A stretch of DNA of 52,183 nt from a virus: the IMG/VR virus record IMGVR_UViG_3300045988_175993, positions 1 through 52,183 of that record; one strand, written 5' to 3'. The translations under genes and the position numbers were made by a program. Under the pieces are notes generated by a model. It did not search any database, had not been told where the DNA came from, and was given only the letters and a program-made list of their open reading frames with translations. Positions within the stretch are counted from its first letter, which is position 1, and each line of letters opens with the position of its first letter. Shown one piece after another: positions 33,282 to 42,302 of the stretch.

Positions 33282-35462
33282 ATGTTTGCTATTCCTAACA
33301 AGGTTGTGATTGGAGATCCTGATTCTCCTCTGCTCACATTCACCAATGAGGAAATCTTGAATGTAACCGAAGAAACTGGTACATCTGCTGTAGGCGAGGA
33401 ACTCTTCATAGATCAGTTTGTTTCAATTGTCAAGTATGCTTTGTGGATTCAATATATAATTCTTCCCAAAGATACAGACAAGTACAAGGGGATATTGACG
33501 AAAGAGGGGAAAATACTCTGTAGCAAGTACAACTATGACATTCGCAATATCCCTTATGGTACACCAGTGAGATTCTACACCAATGATAAGCTGTCAGGGC
33601 TTTACTATTGTGATTCTGTAAGCAGAGAGAGCAAGTTTGGATTCAAGATAGATTGCGTGAGTGCAATTGGCATGATGGGCAAACAGCGACATCAAGGTGG
33701 CGTTTATGTTGGAAAACATTTTGATGCTGTTTTAGAAGAAATCATTGGAAATGGTTATGAGTATGCGGTCGATCCTGACGTTGCTGAAATTCCAGTATAT
33801 GGATGGTTGCCTTACAGTACAAAAAGAAGTAATCTTCATCAACTGCTGATGGCTTATGGAGTCACGATTACAAAATCTGATTCAAAAGCAATGCTATTCA
33901 CGTTTGTAAATGCCCTTGATTTTGCAGATATTCCTGAAGAAAGGATACTTACAGATGGCACTGTTGAATATGGTGAACCTGCTTCAAGAATAGAGATCAT
34001 TGAGCATAGTTATCACTATCTTTCAAGCGTCGAATATGAGGTACTGTTTGATACACAAGGTGAGGATGTTAATTCAACTATTGTTGTATTTGATCATCCA
34101 ATCTATGCTGATTCTCTCACCACGGAAACTGGTAACACCTTGGTAATAACTTCAAAAGGAACCAATTATGCAGTTGTGAATGGTGCAGGAATACTTAAAG
34201 GAAAACCGTATGTTCATAATAAAAAGCTTATAACAAAAGACAATCCTGATGCCACCACTGAAAAGATTGTGGTTGTGGACAATGCCACTCTCATCACCAT
34301 GGCTAACAGTGACAACTGTCTCTTGAGATTGAGTGAGTATTATTTTAATGCCACGGTTGTTTCTGAATCCATAATACAAGAGGAAGAGGTTGTTGGCAAA
34401 CGTTATCGAATTGAGAATCCTTTCAGAGAGCCTGTTTCAGGATTTTTAACTCATATGCTAACAACAGTTTCCTCTTTCAAGCAGTCACAATGCGAGTTTA
34501 TTGCCGGTTATATGCCTTCGGCTTCTGGTACATCTTTCTCTGCTATGACAATTTTAAGTCTAAAAGATACCGAGCAGCAGTGGACTATTCCAAGCAGTGT
34601 TTTTAAGAGAGATAATCCACGCATTCGTTGCGTATTAATCGGTACAGGCTCAAATGGTGCTGCAGGAAATGATGGCGAAGACGGAGGTTACGGTGATGAT
34701 AACAACGGTGGAGCAGGTGGCAAAGGCGGAGCAGGTGGCAAAGGCGGAGCAGGTGGCAAAGTCTTTTCTGTAACTATTGACTGTTCCAATCTTGCTTTTA
34801 TTCGGTATAAGAATATTGGCGGCAATGCTGTGCTCTATGCAGGCGATAGCATATATTCTTCTAACGATGGCAGCACATCCAAGACAGGTTGGACCGAGAT
34901 ATTTTCAGGTGCTGTTTATGCATTGCCTGGAAATGACGGTGTGAGTGGTGCAGATGGTGGCAATGGCGGATGTAATCCTGCTGTTGGTGCTACACCGCAA
35001 AAAGCTACAAATGGTGGCGATCTTGAGTATAATGGCGCTACATATAAAGGTGGCAAATGCGGAAAAATGCAAGCTGTTAGAGCGCATAACTATTCTACCA
35101 AGTATCACGAAAATATGACATGGCGTTTTGGCGGAAATGGCGGTGGTGGCGCTGCAGCTGGAGCAAATGGCTACGATGCAACAGACCTCACAGGCGGAAA
35201 CGAGGACTTTGAATGGCCTACAGGCGGCGCGGGTGCAGACGCTACAGAGACGCAGCCAACTGTCGAACTTTATGGCTCAGGCGGAAATGGTGGTTCCGGC
35301 GGCGGTGGTGGCGGTGGTGCGTCTAACCACTATTGGTGGAACGATGTCTACACTGTGTTGATCTCTACATGGTCACATGAAGAGTCCAATATTCCTGGAA
35401 AAGGTGGAAAAGGAAGTGCAGGAACTGACGGTTATGAAGGTTGTCTTATAATCTATTATTGA
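33282..35462 (+). CDS. Tail-tip/baseplate protein with C-terminal glycine-rich domain
   Basis: 726 aa. The C-terminal 270 aa are full of GGxGG/GNGG tracts (GGAGGKGGAGGKGGAGGK, GGNGGSGGGGGGGA). Confidence 0.7.
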   Translation: MFAIPNKVVIGDPDSPLLTFTNEEILNVTEETGTSAVGEELFIDQFVSIVKYALWIQYIILPKDTDKYKGILTKEGKILCSKYNYDIRNIPYGTPVRFYTNDKLSGLYYCDSVSRESKFGFKIDCVSAIGMMGKQRHQGGVYVGKHFDAVLEEIIGNGYEYAVDPDVAEIPVYGWLPYSTKRSNLHQLLMAYGVTITKSDSKAMLFTFVNALDFADIPEERILTDGTVEYGEPASRIEIIEHSYHYLSSVEYEVLFDTQGEDVNSTIVVFDHPIYADSLTTETGNTLVITSKGTNYAVVNGAGILKGKPYVHNKKLITKDNPDATTEKIVVVDNATLITMANSDNCLLRLSEYYFNATVVSESIIQEEEVVGKRYRIENPFREPVSGFLTHMLTTVSSFKQSQCEFIAGYMPSASGTSFSAMTILSLKDTEQQWTIPSSVFKRDNPRIRCVLIGTGSNGAAGNDGEDGGYGDDNNGGAGGKGGAGGKGGAGGKVFSVTIDCSNLAFIRYKNIGGNAVLYAGDSIYSSNDGSTSKTGWTEIFSGAVYALPGNDGVSGADGGNGGCNPAVGATPQKATNGGDLEYNGATYKGGKCGKMQAVRAHNYSTKYHENMTWRFGGNGGGGAAAGANGYDATDLTGGNEDFEWPTGGAGADATETQPTVELYGSGGNGGSGGGGGGGASNHYWWNDVYTVLISTWSHEESNIPGKGGKGSAGTDGYEGCLIIYY
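34710..34763 (+). repeat. 3 x 18-bp tandem repeat (GGAGCAGGTGGCAAAGGC) encoding GAGGKG units
   Basis: Units at 34710-34727, 34728-34745 and 34746-34763. The last unit ends gtc instead of ggc. Confidence 0.9.
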
Positions 35463-35478
35463 GAAAGGAGGATTATAG

Positions 35479-36453
35479 ATGGCAACAGAATATTTTCAAA
35501 GCACACTTTTCGCTAATGAGATGGATGCTGCTTGGTTGAACAATATTCGATATGATAAAGAGCAAGATTTGTCTGAAACACAAAAAGCTCAAGCACGTAA
35601 TAATATAGGTGCAGTTGCTTTTGGTTCATTACTCAAGATTCTCGGTCATTATGACACTATTGAAGCTCTGCAAGCGAATGGAGAACAAAAAGCAGGTAAT
35701 GCTTATAGTGTAGGTACAGTTGTTCCTTACAAGTTGTATGTATTTGATGGCTTAAGTGAAAGCTGGGTGGATTATGGATATATTCGTTCACAAGACATTT
35801 CTTCTCGAAGCATCCAAAATGTAACTGTCCCCACATCTGCTTGGGTACAAGATACAGCTGTGCTTGCTGGATACAGTTATAAAGCTCAAATTGCTTTAGC
35901 AGATTCTACAGCTGAATGTTTTCCTATAGTTGTTTTTGAGTCTGAGCAAGCATTTGGTGGAAATTTTGCTCCTGTTTCTTTTGCTGTAGCAGGCTTTGTG
36001 GAAGTTTTTGCGAAAGAAATTCCTACAAAAGGCATTAACATATTGTCTGTGACAGTTATTGTTAATGGTGGTGTTGGTAAAGGTATTACCAATGCAAGTG
36101 CTGGTGTTACAGCAGGGAGTATAGGAACAGAAAACCTTGTCGATGGATCTGTCACAGCACGAAAAATCGCAGACGGCGCAGTGTCACAGACTTTTACCGC
36201 AACGATAACCGCCGCGGGATGGACGGGCGACGCAGCGCCATACACAAACGAGGTCACTGTAACCGGCCTGACCGCTGATGACAATCCTTTCGTTGATATG
36301 ATCGCGTCAAGCACCTTCGAGACCGCAGAAACCGAAATTGAAGCATTTGCGAACATTTACCGGATGGCCACGGCTGAAAATAAACTCACGGTCTACGCGG
36401 CAGAAAAGCCGACTGTTGATATCGCCATTCAAATTAAGGTGGTGAGAAAGTAG
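35479..36453 (+). CDS. Tail fibre protein
   Basis: The N-terminal LSETQKAQARNNIGAV motif is common in phage fibres. Base composition switches to GC-rich in the C-terminal third. Confidence 0.65.
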   Translation: MATEYFQSTLFANEMDAAWLNNIRYDKEQDLSETQKAQARNNIGAVAFGSLLKILGHYDTIEALQANGEQKAGNAYSVGTVVPYKLYVFDGLSESWVDYGYIRSQDISSRSIQNVTVPTSAWVQDTAVLAGYSYKAQIALADSTAECFPIVVFESEQAFGGNFAPVSFAVAGFVEVFAKEIPTKGINILSVTVIVNGGVGKGITNASAGVTAGSIGTENLVDGSVTARKIADGAVSQTFTATITAAGWTGDAAPYTNEVTVTGLTADDNPFVDMIASSTFETAETEIEAFANIYRMATAENKLTVYAAEKPTVDIAIQIKVVRK

Positions 36454-37178
36454 TGGGTGAAGCTTTTATAACGCGCAGGGGTGGTAGCGGTAACAAGGTC
36501 TTTGCCGTCATAGGCGTTACATATCCAGCTGGTTCAATTTGCACATGTTCTAACGGTAGCAAGACGCTGACGACCAGGGACACGAGTGGCAAGGCGATGT
36601 TTATTATCCCCTCTGCCGGAACGTGGACGGTAAAGGCAGTCAGTGGCAACAAGAGCAAGAGCAAGGCTGTGAGCATCACCGCTGAGGGACAGGTCGAAGT
36701 TGTGACGCTGATTTTCGAAACGATACTTTGGGAAGCAGGTTCTGATCAGAACACATCTTTAACAGGCGGTTTTGGAACGAATAACACTTCTTATGCCTCC
36801 TATGTCACAGTGGGGGACAGCACTGTTACCATAACTGGCAACAGGACATATTTCGGTGAGGGCAGTGACAATTGGTCATACGGTGGCAATTTTTACACCA
36901 AGAAGAAAGTGACAAAGGGTGAGTTCGAGTATTTCTGCGCAAATATCATAACAAATACTGGTAAGCAAACAGGCAATAAAGCGTGGCTTTATGCGGCAGA
37001 TCAGTATGATTTCACTGAGGACAATACGATTACACGACTTGAAATTCCGGTCACTACTGGCGAAACAGGTGTATTCAGGATGCCACTGACTGGGATCACA
37101 TCCGCCGTTCTCGGTATCCGTGTATACGGCCAGAACGACCTTCAAACTATCGTCACGGATAAGATTTGGCTTGAATAA
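36453..37178 (+). CDS. Hypothetical tail-fibre-associated protein
   Basis: The GTG start overlaps the upstream TAG. 241 aa. GC-rich module. Confidence 0.6.
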   Translation: MGEAFITRRGGSGNKVFAVIGVTYPAGSICTCSNGSKTLTTRDTSGKAMFIIPSAGTWTVKAVSGNKSKSKAVSITAEGQVEVVTLIFETILWEAGSDQNTSLTGGFGTNNTSYASYVTVGDSTVTITGNRTYFGEGSDNWSYGGNFYTKKKVTKGEFEYFCANIITNTGKQTGNKAWLYAADQYDFTEDNTITRLEIPVTTGETGVFRMPLTGITSAVLGIRVYGQNDLQTIVTDKIWLE

Positions 37179-37189
37179 GGAGGGGTAAC

Positions 37190-37483
37190 ATGAAAATCTA
37201 CATCGATACAAATGACGGATTCAAGTGTTATCCTACAAACTCTGGTGATCTGCTCGAATATGAAGAGCCGTTCTTTGACGGCAAATGCCCTGAGTTTATA
37301 AAAGGCTATCGGCTTATTCCGGCAGGAGAGAAATGGATTTTGCCCAACGGTATATTTCTTAAAGGTTTGATTGTAGTTCCTTGGAAAGATCATAACTATC
37401 TTCAAACTATACAAGGAGCTTATGAACAAGGTCAAGATGAGATACTGACAATGGTTGAATCTGCTTTGGAGGTGGGTATGTGA
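37190..37483 (+). CDS. Hypothetical protein (97 aa)
   Basis: RBS aaggagggg. Lies between the fibre and lysis genes. Confidence 0.65.
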   Translation: MKIYIDTNDGFKCYPTNSGDLLEYEEPFFDGKCPEFIKGYRLIPAGEKWILPNGIFLKGLIVVPWKDHNYLQTIQGAYEQGQDEILTMVESALEVGM

Positions 37484-37617
37484 CTATTGAAGAACGCAAA
37501 CAGCGCGTGCTCGATAAGATTGAGGAAATTAAAAAAGGCGGAACCGATCTTGAAAAAGAGGATATGAAAGCCGCACTTGATTTGTTGGGCGTGACGAATG
37601 AGGAGGCGACGGAATGA
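37480..37617 (+). CDS. Small hypothetical protein (45 aa, GTG start)
   Basis: RBS GGAGGTGGG. Translation (M)TIEERKQRVLDKIEEIKKGGTDLEKEDMKAALDLLGVTNEEATE. Both ends overlap the neighbouring genes. Confidence 0.4.
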   Translation: MTIEERKQRVLDKIEEIKKGGTDLEKEDMKAALDLLGVTNEEATE

Positions 37618-38018
37618 GCTATCTCAAAAACGCGCAGAAGCTCCGCAACGACATCGATAGTGCCGGTGCAATGCTGACAGATGAACAGGCCGTAACCGTA
37701 CCGGCGATATACTGGCCGTGGGACGGAGACGGTGTGAAATACGCTGCCGGGGACAGGCGCACGGATGACGGCGTACTGTACCGCTGCATCACGGCGCATA
37801 CGTCGCAGCCGACGTGGAAACCCGCCGATTCTCCGAGTCTTTGGGCAAAGGTATTGATACCCACACCAGGAGTGATACCCGATTGGGAGCAGCCGAGCAG
37901 CACAAATCCCTATGCCAAGGGAGACAAGGTTAAACACAACGGAAAAATATGGATATCTGACATTGATGGCAACGTATGGGAGCCAGGTGTATACGGATGG
38001 ACGGAGGTAACTGAATGA
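37614..38018 (+). CDS. Protein with two CBM5/12-type carbohydrate-binding repeats
   Basis: YAAGDRRTDDGVLYRCITAHTSQPTWKPADSPSLWAKV and YAKGDKVKHNGKIWISDIDGNVWEPGVYGWTEV. Confidence 0.65.
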   Translation: MSYLKNAQKLRNDIDSAGAMLTDEQAVTVPAIYWPWDGDGVKYAAGDRRTDDGVLYRCITAHTSQPTWKPADSPSLWAKVLIPTPGVIPDWEQPSSTNPYAKGDKVKHNGKIWISDIDGNVWEPGVYGWTEVTE

Positions 38019-38725
38019 GCATAATTGACAATGCAGTGACCCGCGCGCTGGAGATAGCGGCGGACGACAGCCACGGCTACGATCAGTCGCAACGCTGGGG
38101 ACCTGATTATGATTGCAGCAGCCTTGTAATAGATTGCTTCAAGAGAGCGGGAGTGCCCCTCAGCTGCACGTATACAGGAAATATGCGTGGGGATATGTTG
38201 AGGTGCGGCTTCAAGGACGTGACCGGCAGCGTTGACCTTGCGACAGGCGCGGGGCTTGAGCGCGGGGATGTGCTGCTGAATCATGTCCACCACACCGCCC
38301 TGTATATCGGTGGCGGGCAGATAGTGCAGGCGAGCATTAACGAATATGGCACTACGACCGGAGGGCAGACTGGTGACCAGACCGGACGTGAGATATACGA
38401 GCGCACATACTACAACTATCCATGGGATTGCGCGCTGCGGTACGTCGGTGATGGCACGGCGAATGAAGACGACAGCAGCGAGTATGTGCCGTCATACTGG
38501 TACAATATCGCCCTGCCACTGCTCAAGCCAGGCATGACGGACGATACCGTCATCACCGTGCAGAGATTGCTCTACGCCTATGGCTATCAAGCCAGCGTTA
38601 GCGGCATGATGGACGAGGCAACCGTCGCGGCGGTCAAGGCATATCAGACCGCTCACGACCTTGACGCGGACGGTGAAGTCGGCGGCATGACGTGGGCTGA
38701 TCTGCTGCTTGCGCGAAGGGGGTGA
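38015..38725 (+). CDS. Endolysin: NlpC/P60 (Amidase_5-like) peptidase plus PG_binding_1 domain
   Basis: GYDQSQRWGPDYDCSSLV (catalytic Cys), HHTALYIG, GGQTGDQTGREI. C-terminal QRLLYAYGY...VKAYQTAHDLDADGEVG. Confidence 0.85.
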   Translation: MSIIDNAVTRALEIAADDSHGYDQSQRWGPDYDCSSLVIDCFKRAGVPLSCTYTGNMRGDMLRCGFKDVTGSVDLATGAGLERGDVLLNHVHHTALYIGGGQIVQASINEYGTTTGGQTGDQTGREIYERTYYNYPWDCALRYVGDGTANEDDSSEYVPSYWYNIALPLLKPGMTDDTVITVQRLLYAYGYQASVSGMMDEATVAAVKAYQTAHDLDADGEVGGMTWADLLLARRG

Positions 38726-38796
38726 TTCCCATGAACAAATAATCAGTAATTTACAAAGCAAAAATCTACACACAAAATTAAGGAGGGTATATCAGA

Positions 38797-39051
38797 ATGA
38801 ACATTAACTGGAAAGTCCGCTTTAAGAACAAGGCTTGGGTGACTGCATTTTGTGCTTTTATCCTGTCCACTGTGTATCAGTTTCTCAATATGTTTGGGGT
38901 CACTGTTCCCGTTCCTCAGGAAACTGTTGCTGATCTGATTGCAGCAATTCTTCAGATCCTTGGTTTCCTCGGTCTGATTCAGGATCCCACTACAGCTGGA
39001 CTGAGCGACAGCGATAGAGCAATGAAGTATACTGAACCCAACAAACAGTGA
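38797..39051 (+). CDS. Holin (Phage_holin_1 / phiLC3 type)
   Basis: MNINWKVRFKNKAW, two TM segments, and IQDPTTAGLSDSDRAMKYTEP. Confidence 0.85.
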   Translation: MNINWKVRFKNKAWVTAFCAFILSTVYQFLNMFGVTVPVPQETVADLIAAILQILGFLGLIQDPTTAGLSDSDRAMKYTEPNKQ

Positions 39052-39407
39052 CTATGGACCAGCCGACTGTAGTTTATATTGTAAGCTTGATTGGCTGCGC
39101 CATTGGTATAGCTGGATTCATTGTGGGAATTAAGTCAAGAGCTAAAAATGATGGGGTGCTCCAGCAAAAGCTGGAGCAAGCCCTTAAAGGAATTGAAGAC
39201 ATTAAAACAGACATCAAGAACAGCAATGCAACCCAGAATTCCATGGCTCTTCTAGTTAGATCCCATGGTGAAAAAATCACTATACTGAAAGAAGAGATGG
39301 AGGATTTCAAGATTCAGTTAAACAATACAGAAGCGCGGTTGACTAATTTTGAAAACATCAGTTCTCTGCTCAAGCAAATATTGCAAAACCTAAATGACAG
39401 GAGATAA
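39048..39407 (+). CDS. Membrane-anchored coiled-coil protein
   Basis: N-terminal TM segment VVYIVSLIGCAIGIAGFIVGI, followed by coiled coil. Confidence 0.65.
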   Translation: MTMDQPTVVYIVSLIGCAIGIAGFIVGIKSRAKNDGVLQQKLEQALKGIEDIKTDIKNSNATQNSMALLVRSHGEKITILKEEMEDFKIQLNNTEARLTNFENISSLLKQILQNLNDRR

Positions 39408-39783
39408 TACAGCAGTGGTTGATAAAGATCTGAACGATATAAAGCAAGAAGTTGGAGCTCTGGATCAAAGCATTGCACTCAATAGAGTTACCATGAAACT
39501 TCTTCAAGATCGAGCAAAAGAAAACAGAAGACTGTGGATCGCTCTCATTGTGAGTCTCTTCATCAATCTCGCAATTGTTGGAGGTTTTCTATGGTATGAA
39601 TCCCAATGGGACTATGAAGTGACTGAAGACACATACACTACTTCTGTTCATCAAAGTGCAAATGAACCAGGCAGCAATAATGTTTATCAATCAGGAGAGA
39701 ATGCAACGTACAATCAAGACACTCCGGAGGTAGATGATTATGGCAACGCAAACAATAACAGTAACGAGGAGAACAGTCACTAA
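39394..39783 (+). CDS. Membrane protein with central TM segment
   Basis: LWIALIVSLFINLAIVGGFLWY, with an N-rich C-terminus. Confidence 0.65.
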   Translation: MTGDNTAVVDKDLNDIKQEVGALDQSIALNRVTMKLLQDRAKENRRLWIALIVSLFINLAIVGGFLWYESQWDYEVTEDTYTTSVHQSANEPGSNNVYQSGENATYNQDTPEVDDYGNANNNSNEENSH

Positions 39784-39819
39784 ACGAAGAACAAGACGGA
39801 CGGGAAAGGGCACTAAACG

Positions 39820-40089
39820 ATGCCCAACATGCGGGAAGTATATGAAGAAGTGAATAGACATGAGAAGCATATACAGACGAGAAAGCAACTCCAACAAATC
39901 CCTGATATCTTGACTTTCAATGATCTCCTGAATCGTTCAACCCTATCCAATGAAGACAAGCAAATCCTTTCCCTGCATTATCTTGATGACAAAGACTTTC
40001 AGTATGTGGCTGATCTCCTTGGCTATTCTGAAAGTACAATCAAGAAACGACATGCAAAAGCCCTTGAAAAGCTCAATCATATGTTCTAA
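39820..40089 (+). CDS. Sigma-70 region-4-like HTH regulator
   Basis: LSNEDKQILSLHYLDDKDFQYVADLLGYSESTIKKRHAKALEKL. Confidence 0.65.
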   Translation: MPNMREVYEEVNRHEKHIQTRKQLQQIPDILTFNDLLNRSTLSNEDKQILSLHYLDDKDFQYVADLLGYSESTIKKRHAKALEKLNHMF

Positions 40090-40092
40090 TTC

Positions 40093-40125
40093 AGTACCTG
40101 CATCAATTGATGCAGGTACTTTTTC
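40093..40125 (+). terminator. Strong rho-independent terminator
   Basis: 12-bp stem agtacctgcatc/gatgcaggtact, loop aatt, then TTTTT. Confidence 0.85.
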
Positions 40126-40216
40126 TATACTTTCTGGCTCCTTTCTCGATACTTATAGGTGCTCTTTTAATAGTATGATATCATCATAGGAAGAATTCTA
40201 TAGAGGAGGAACACCT

Positions 40217-40681
40217 ATGTATCAACAACCATATTACAACCCTTCAATGCAGAATGCTCAGCAACGCCTTCAGATGATGGAAGCTCAATATCCGCCCTAC
40301 AATCCAAATCTCGGAATGCAGTTCAACCAGCCAAATTTCAACTCTCAAAACATGTCCACACCTATGATCAAGGGTAGACCAGTTGCTAACGAACAGGAAG
40401 CCAATGCTGCTATGATAGACTTTGATGGGTCTATAAACGTATTTGTTGACAAGACTCACAAGAAGATCTATACAAAACAGCTTGGGCTGGACGGGAATAT
40501 CATATTCAACCGTTATGTTCAAGAAGATCCTACATCATCTACTCCAGAAGTTGTTCCAAGTCCAGCCATTGATCTTTCAGGCTATGTAAAACAAGAAACT
40601 TTGGAAGAAGCTCTTTCAAGTATGTCTGACAGAATAGCAAGACTTGAACAAAAGAATACTGCGAAAGGAGCTGCAAAATAA
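40217..40681 (+). CDS. Hypothetical protein with Q/N/P/M-rich N-terminus
   Basis: MYQQPYYNPSMQNAQQRLQMMEAQYPPYNPNLGMQFNQPNFNSQN, followed by a small domain IKGRPVANEQEANAAMIDFDGSINVFVDKTHKKIYTKQLGLDG. RBS gaggagga. Confidence 0.75.
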   Translation: MYQQPYYNPSMQNAQQRLQMMEAQYPPYNPNLGMQFNQPNFNSQNMSTPMIKGRPVANEQEANAAMIDFDGSINVFVDKTHKKIYTKQLGLDGNIIFNRYVQEDPTSSTPEVVPSPAIDLSGYVKQETLEEALSSMSDRIARLEQKNTAKGAAK

Positions 40682-40896
40682 TGAATCCATTTCAGATGAT
40701 GGGTGCAATGATGAATCCTATGCAGTTTATGATGAAACAGTTTGGAGCAAATCCTTTGTTTCGTCAAGCTCAACAAATGAGTCAAGGCAAGTCTGTACCG
40801 GAAATTCAACAAGCTTGTCAAAACATTTGTAGACAGAAAGGCTTGGATATGAACCAAGCTTGGTCTCAGTTTCAATCCCAGTTTCCACTGGGTTGA
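40681..40896 (+). CDS. Small Met/Gln-rich protein
   Basis: MNPFQMMGAMMNPMQFMMKQFGANPLFRQAQQM. TAATG overlap with the upstream gene. Confidence 0.6.
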   Translation: MNPFQMMGAMMNPMQFMMKQFGANPLFRQAQQMSQGKSVPEIQQACQNICRQKGLDMNQAWSQFQSQFPLG

Positions 40897-40925
40897 GATA
40901 AATCTTATATAAGGAGGAAATAATC

Positions 40926-41585
40926 ATGGGAATGGAATCCGGAAGTGGTCTGTCTGTGGCTGATGCTCTTGCTCTTCAGGACAGAGGAAATGATGGCATG
41001 TTTGGGGGCGCGAATGGCACCTGGATTTGGGTGTTCTTCCTGTTCTTCCTGCTTGCTTGGGGCGGTGGCGGCTTTGGCTTCGGCAATGGTGCTGCTACTC
41101 AAGGTGCTCTGACTCGGTCTGATATGTGCCAGGAGTTCAACTTCAACAACCTGCAGAGATCTGTTCTTGGCATCCAGAATGGTCTGTGCGACGGCTTCTA
41201 TGCACAGAACGCCACTATGCTTCAGGGCTTTAATGGTGTGGGCAATCAGATCCAAGAGAGCAGGTTCGCCTCTCAGCAGTGCTGCTGCGAGACCAACCGC
41301 AACATTGACTCGGTCAAAGCGGAGAACTACAAGAACACCTGCGACATTGTCAATGCTATTAAAGCTGATGGTGATGCAACCAGAGCTATGCTGACCCAGA
41401 ACACCATTCAGGAACTGCGCGATAAACTTCAAGATGCAAAGTTTGAAAACAGCCAGTTTCTGCAGAATCAGTATCTGGTAAATCAGCTCCAGCCTGTCGC
41501 TCGTCCCGCCTATATCACTTGCAGCCCCTATGTTGCAAATGGTTGCGGAAATGGCTATGGCTGCGGCTGTGGTAATTGCGGCTGA
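40926..41585 (+). CDS. Membrane protein with Gly-rich flanks and Cys/Gly-rich C-terminus
   Basis: The TM segment WIWVFFLFFLLAW is flanked by GGANG / GGGGFGFGNG. There is a CCC triplet, and the protein ends CGNGYGCGCGNCG. RBS aaggagga. Confidence 0.75.
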   Translation: MGMESGSGLSVADALALQDRGNDGMFGGANGTWIWVFFLFFLLAWGGGGFGFGNGAATQGALTRSDMCQEFNFNNLQRSVLGIQNGLCDGFYAQNATMLQGFNGVGNQIQESRFASQQCCCETNRNIDSVKAENYKNTCDIVNAIKADGDATRAMLTQNTIQELRDKLQDAKFENSQFLQNQYLVNQLQPVARPAYITCSPYVANGCGNGYGCGCGNCG

Positions 41586-41633
41586 TTAGGTCAGAACATT
41601 TTGGCATATAGTTATGCCCAATAACTCAAGTGG

Positions 41634-41656
41634 GGGAGGGCAATTGCCCTCCCTTT
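41634..41656 (+). terminator. Hairpin terminator candidate
   Basis: gggagggca-at-tgccctccc followed by TTTG. The U-tract is short. Confidence 0.5.
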
Positions 41657-41676
41657 GTAATGAAAGGAGAATTCAG

Positions 41677-42099
41677 ATGTCTAACCAATATTCCAAGTCT
41701 TGCATTCGCAGTTATAACAACAATGCTCAAGCATTCACTGCAGCAGTCACTCCTCTGGTGATAGAGGGTACTCCTGTTGTTGAAAGTGGTTGCTCTCTCA
41801 GACTCAACTCAGCAAGTGTTCGAGTCCTTAAATCCGGTCTGTATCATATTTCTGCAGATGTGACATTCATTCCTTCGGCAGCTGGGATAGCAGTTCTGCA
41901 ATTCTATAAAGATGGGGTTGCTCTTCCTTGTGCTATTGCTTCTGAGACAGTGGTCGCAGGGGATACCTATACCAGACACATAGAAACAGATCTCGAGATA
42001 ACTGCCTGCTGTGTGAATCGTCCTCTTATAACACTGGCAATCAGCGGTGTAGCTGGCAGTGTGACCCATAGCTGTGTTGGTGTACTCAAGTTGGCATGA
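41677..42099 (+). CDS. C1q/TNF-like (BclA C-terminal-domain-like) jelly-roll protein; function tentative
   Basis: Start set at ATG 41677 (RBS aaaggaga). Translation VLKSGLYHISADVTFIPSAAGIAVLQFYKDG...LAISGVAGSVTHSCVGVLKL. The pattern resembles C1q-type domains. Confidence 0.45.
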   Translation: MSNQYSKSCIRSYNNNAQAFTAAVTPLVIEGTPVVESGCSLRLNSASVRVLKSGLYHISADVTFIPSAAGIAVLQFYKDGVALPCAIASETVVAGDTYTRHIETDLEITACCVNRPLITLAISGVAGSVTHSCVGVLKLA

Positions 42100-42302
42100 A
42101 TGATTCAGAACAACAGTTCTCTCTTCTTGACATCCTAACAGTTATATCTTTCATAATCGGAGTGGCAAACTATTCTGAGAATGTAGATCAAAATCAAATT
42201 CAGGATATTGTTAAGTCAGCTGTACTTGATGTGCATAATCACTTAAAGGATCAAGATGAGAAACTTTCTAAAATCATTGCTATGCTGGAGGGAAAGAAAT
42301 GA
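42096..42302 (+). CDS. Small membrane protein
   Basis: TM segment LLDILTVISFIIGVANY. Coupled at both ends (ATGA overlaps). Confidence 0.6.
   Translation: MNDSEQQFSLLDILTVISFIIGVANYSENVDQNQIQDIVKSAVLDVHNHLKDQDEKLSKIIAMLEGKK

Noticed and set aside
40905-41432. 175-aa minus-strand ORF
   Set aside because: It is antisense to the Gly/Cys-rich membrane protein gene, which has a strong RBS and coupled neighbours. It lies on the wrong strand for this arm.
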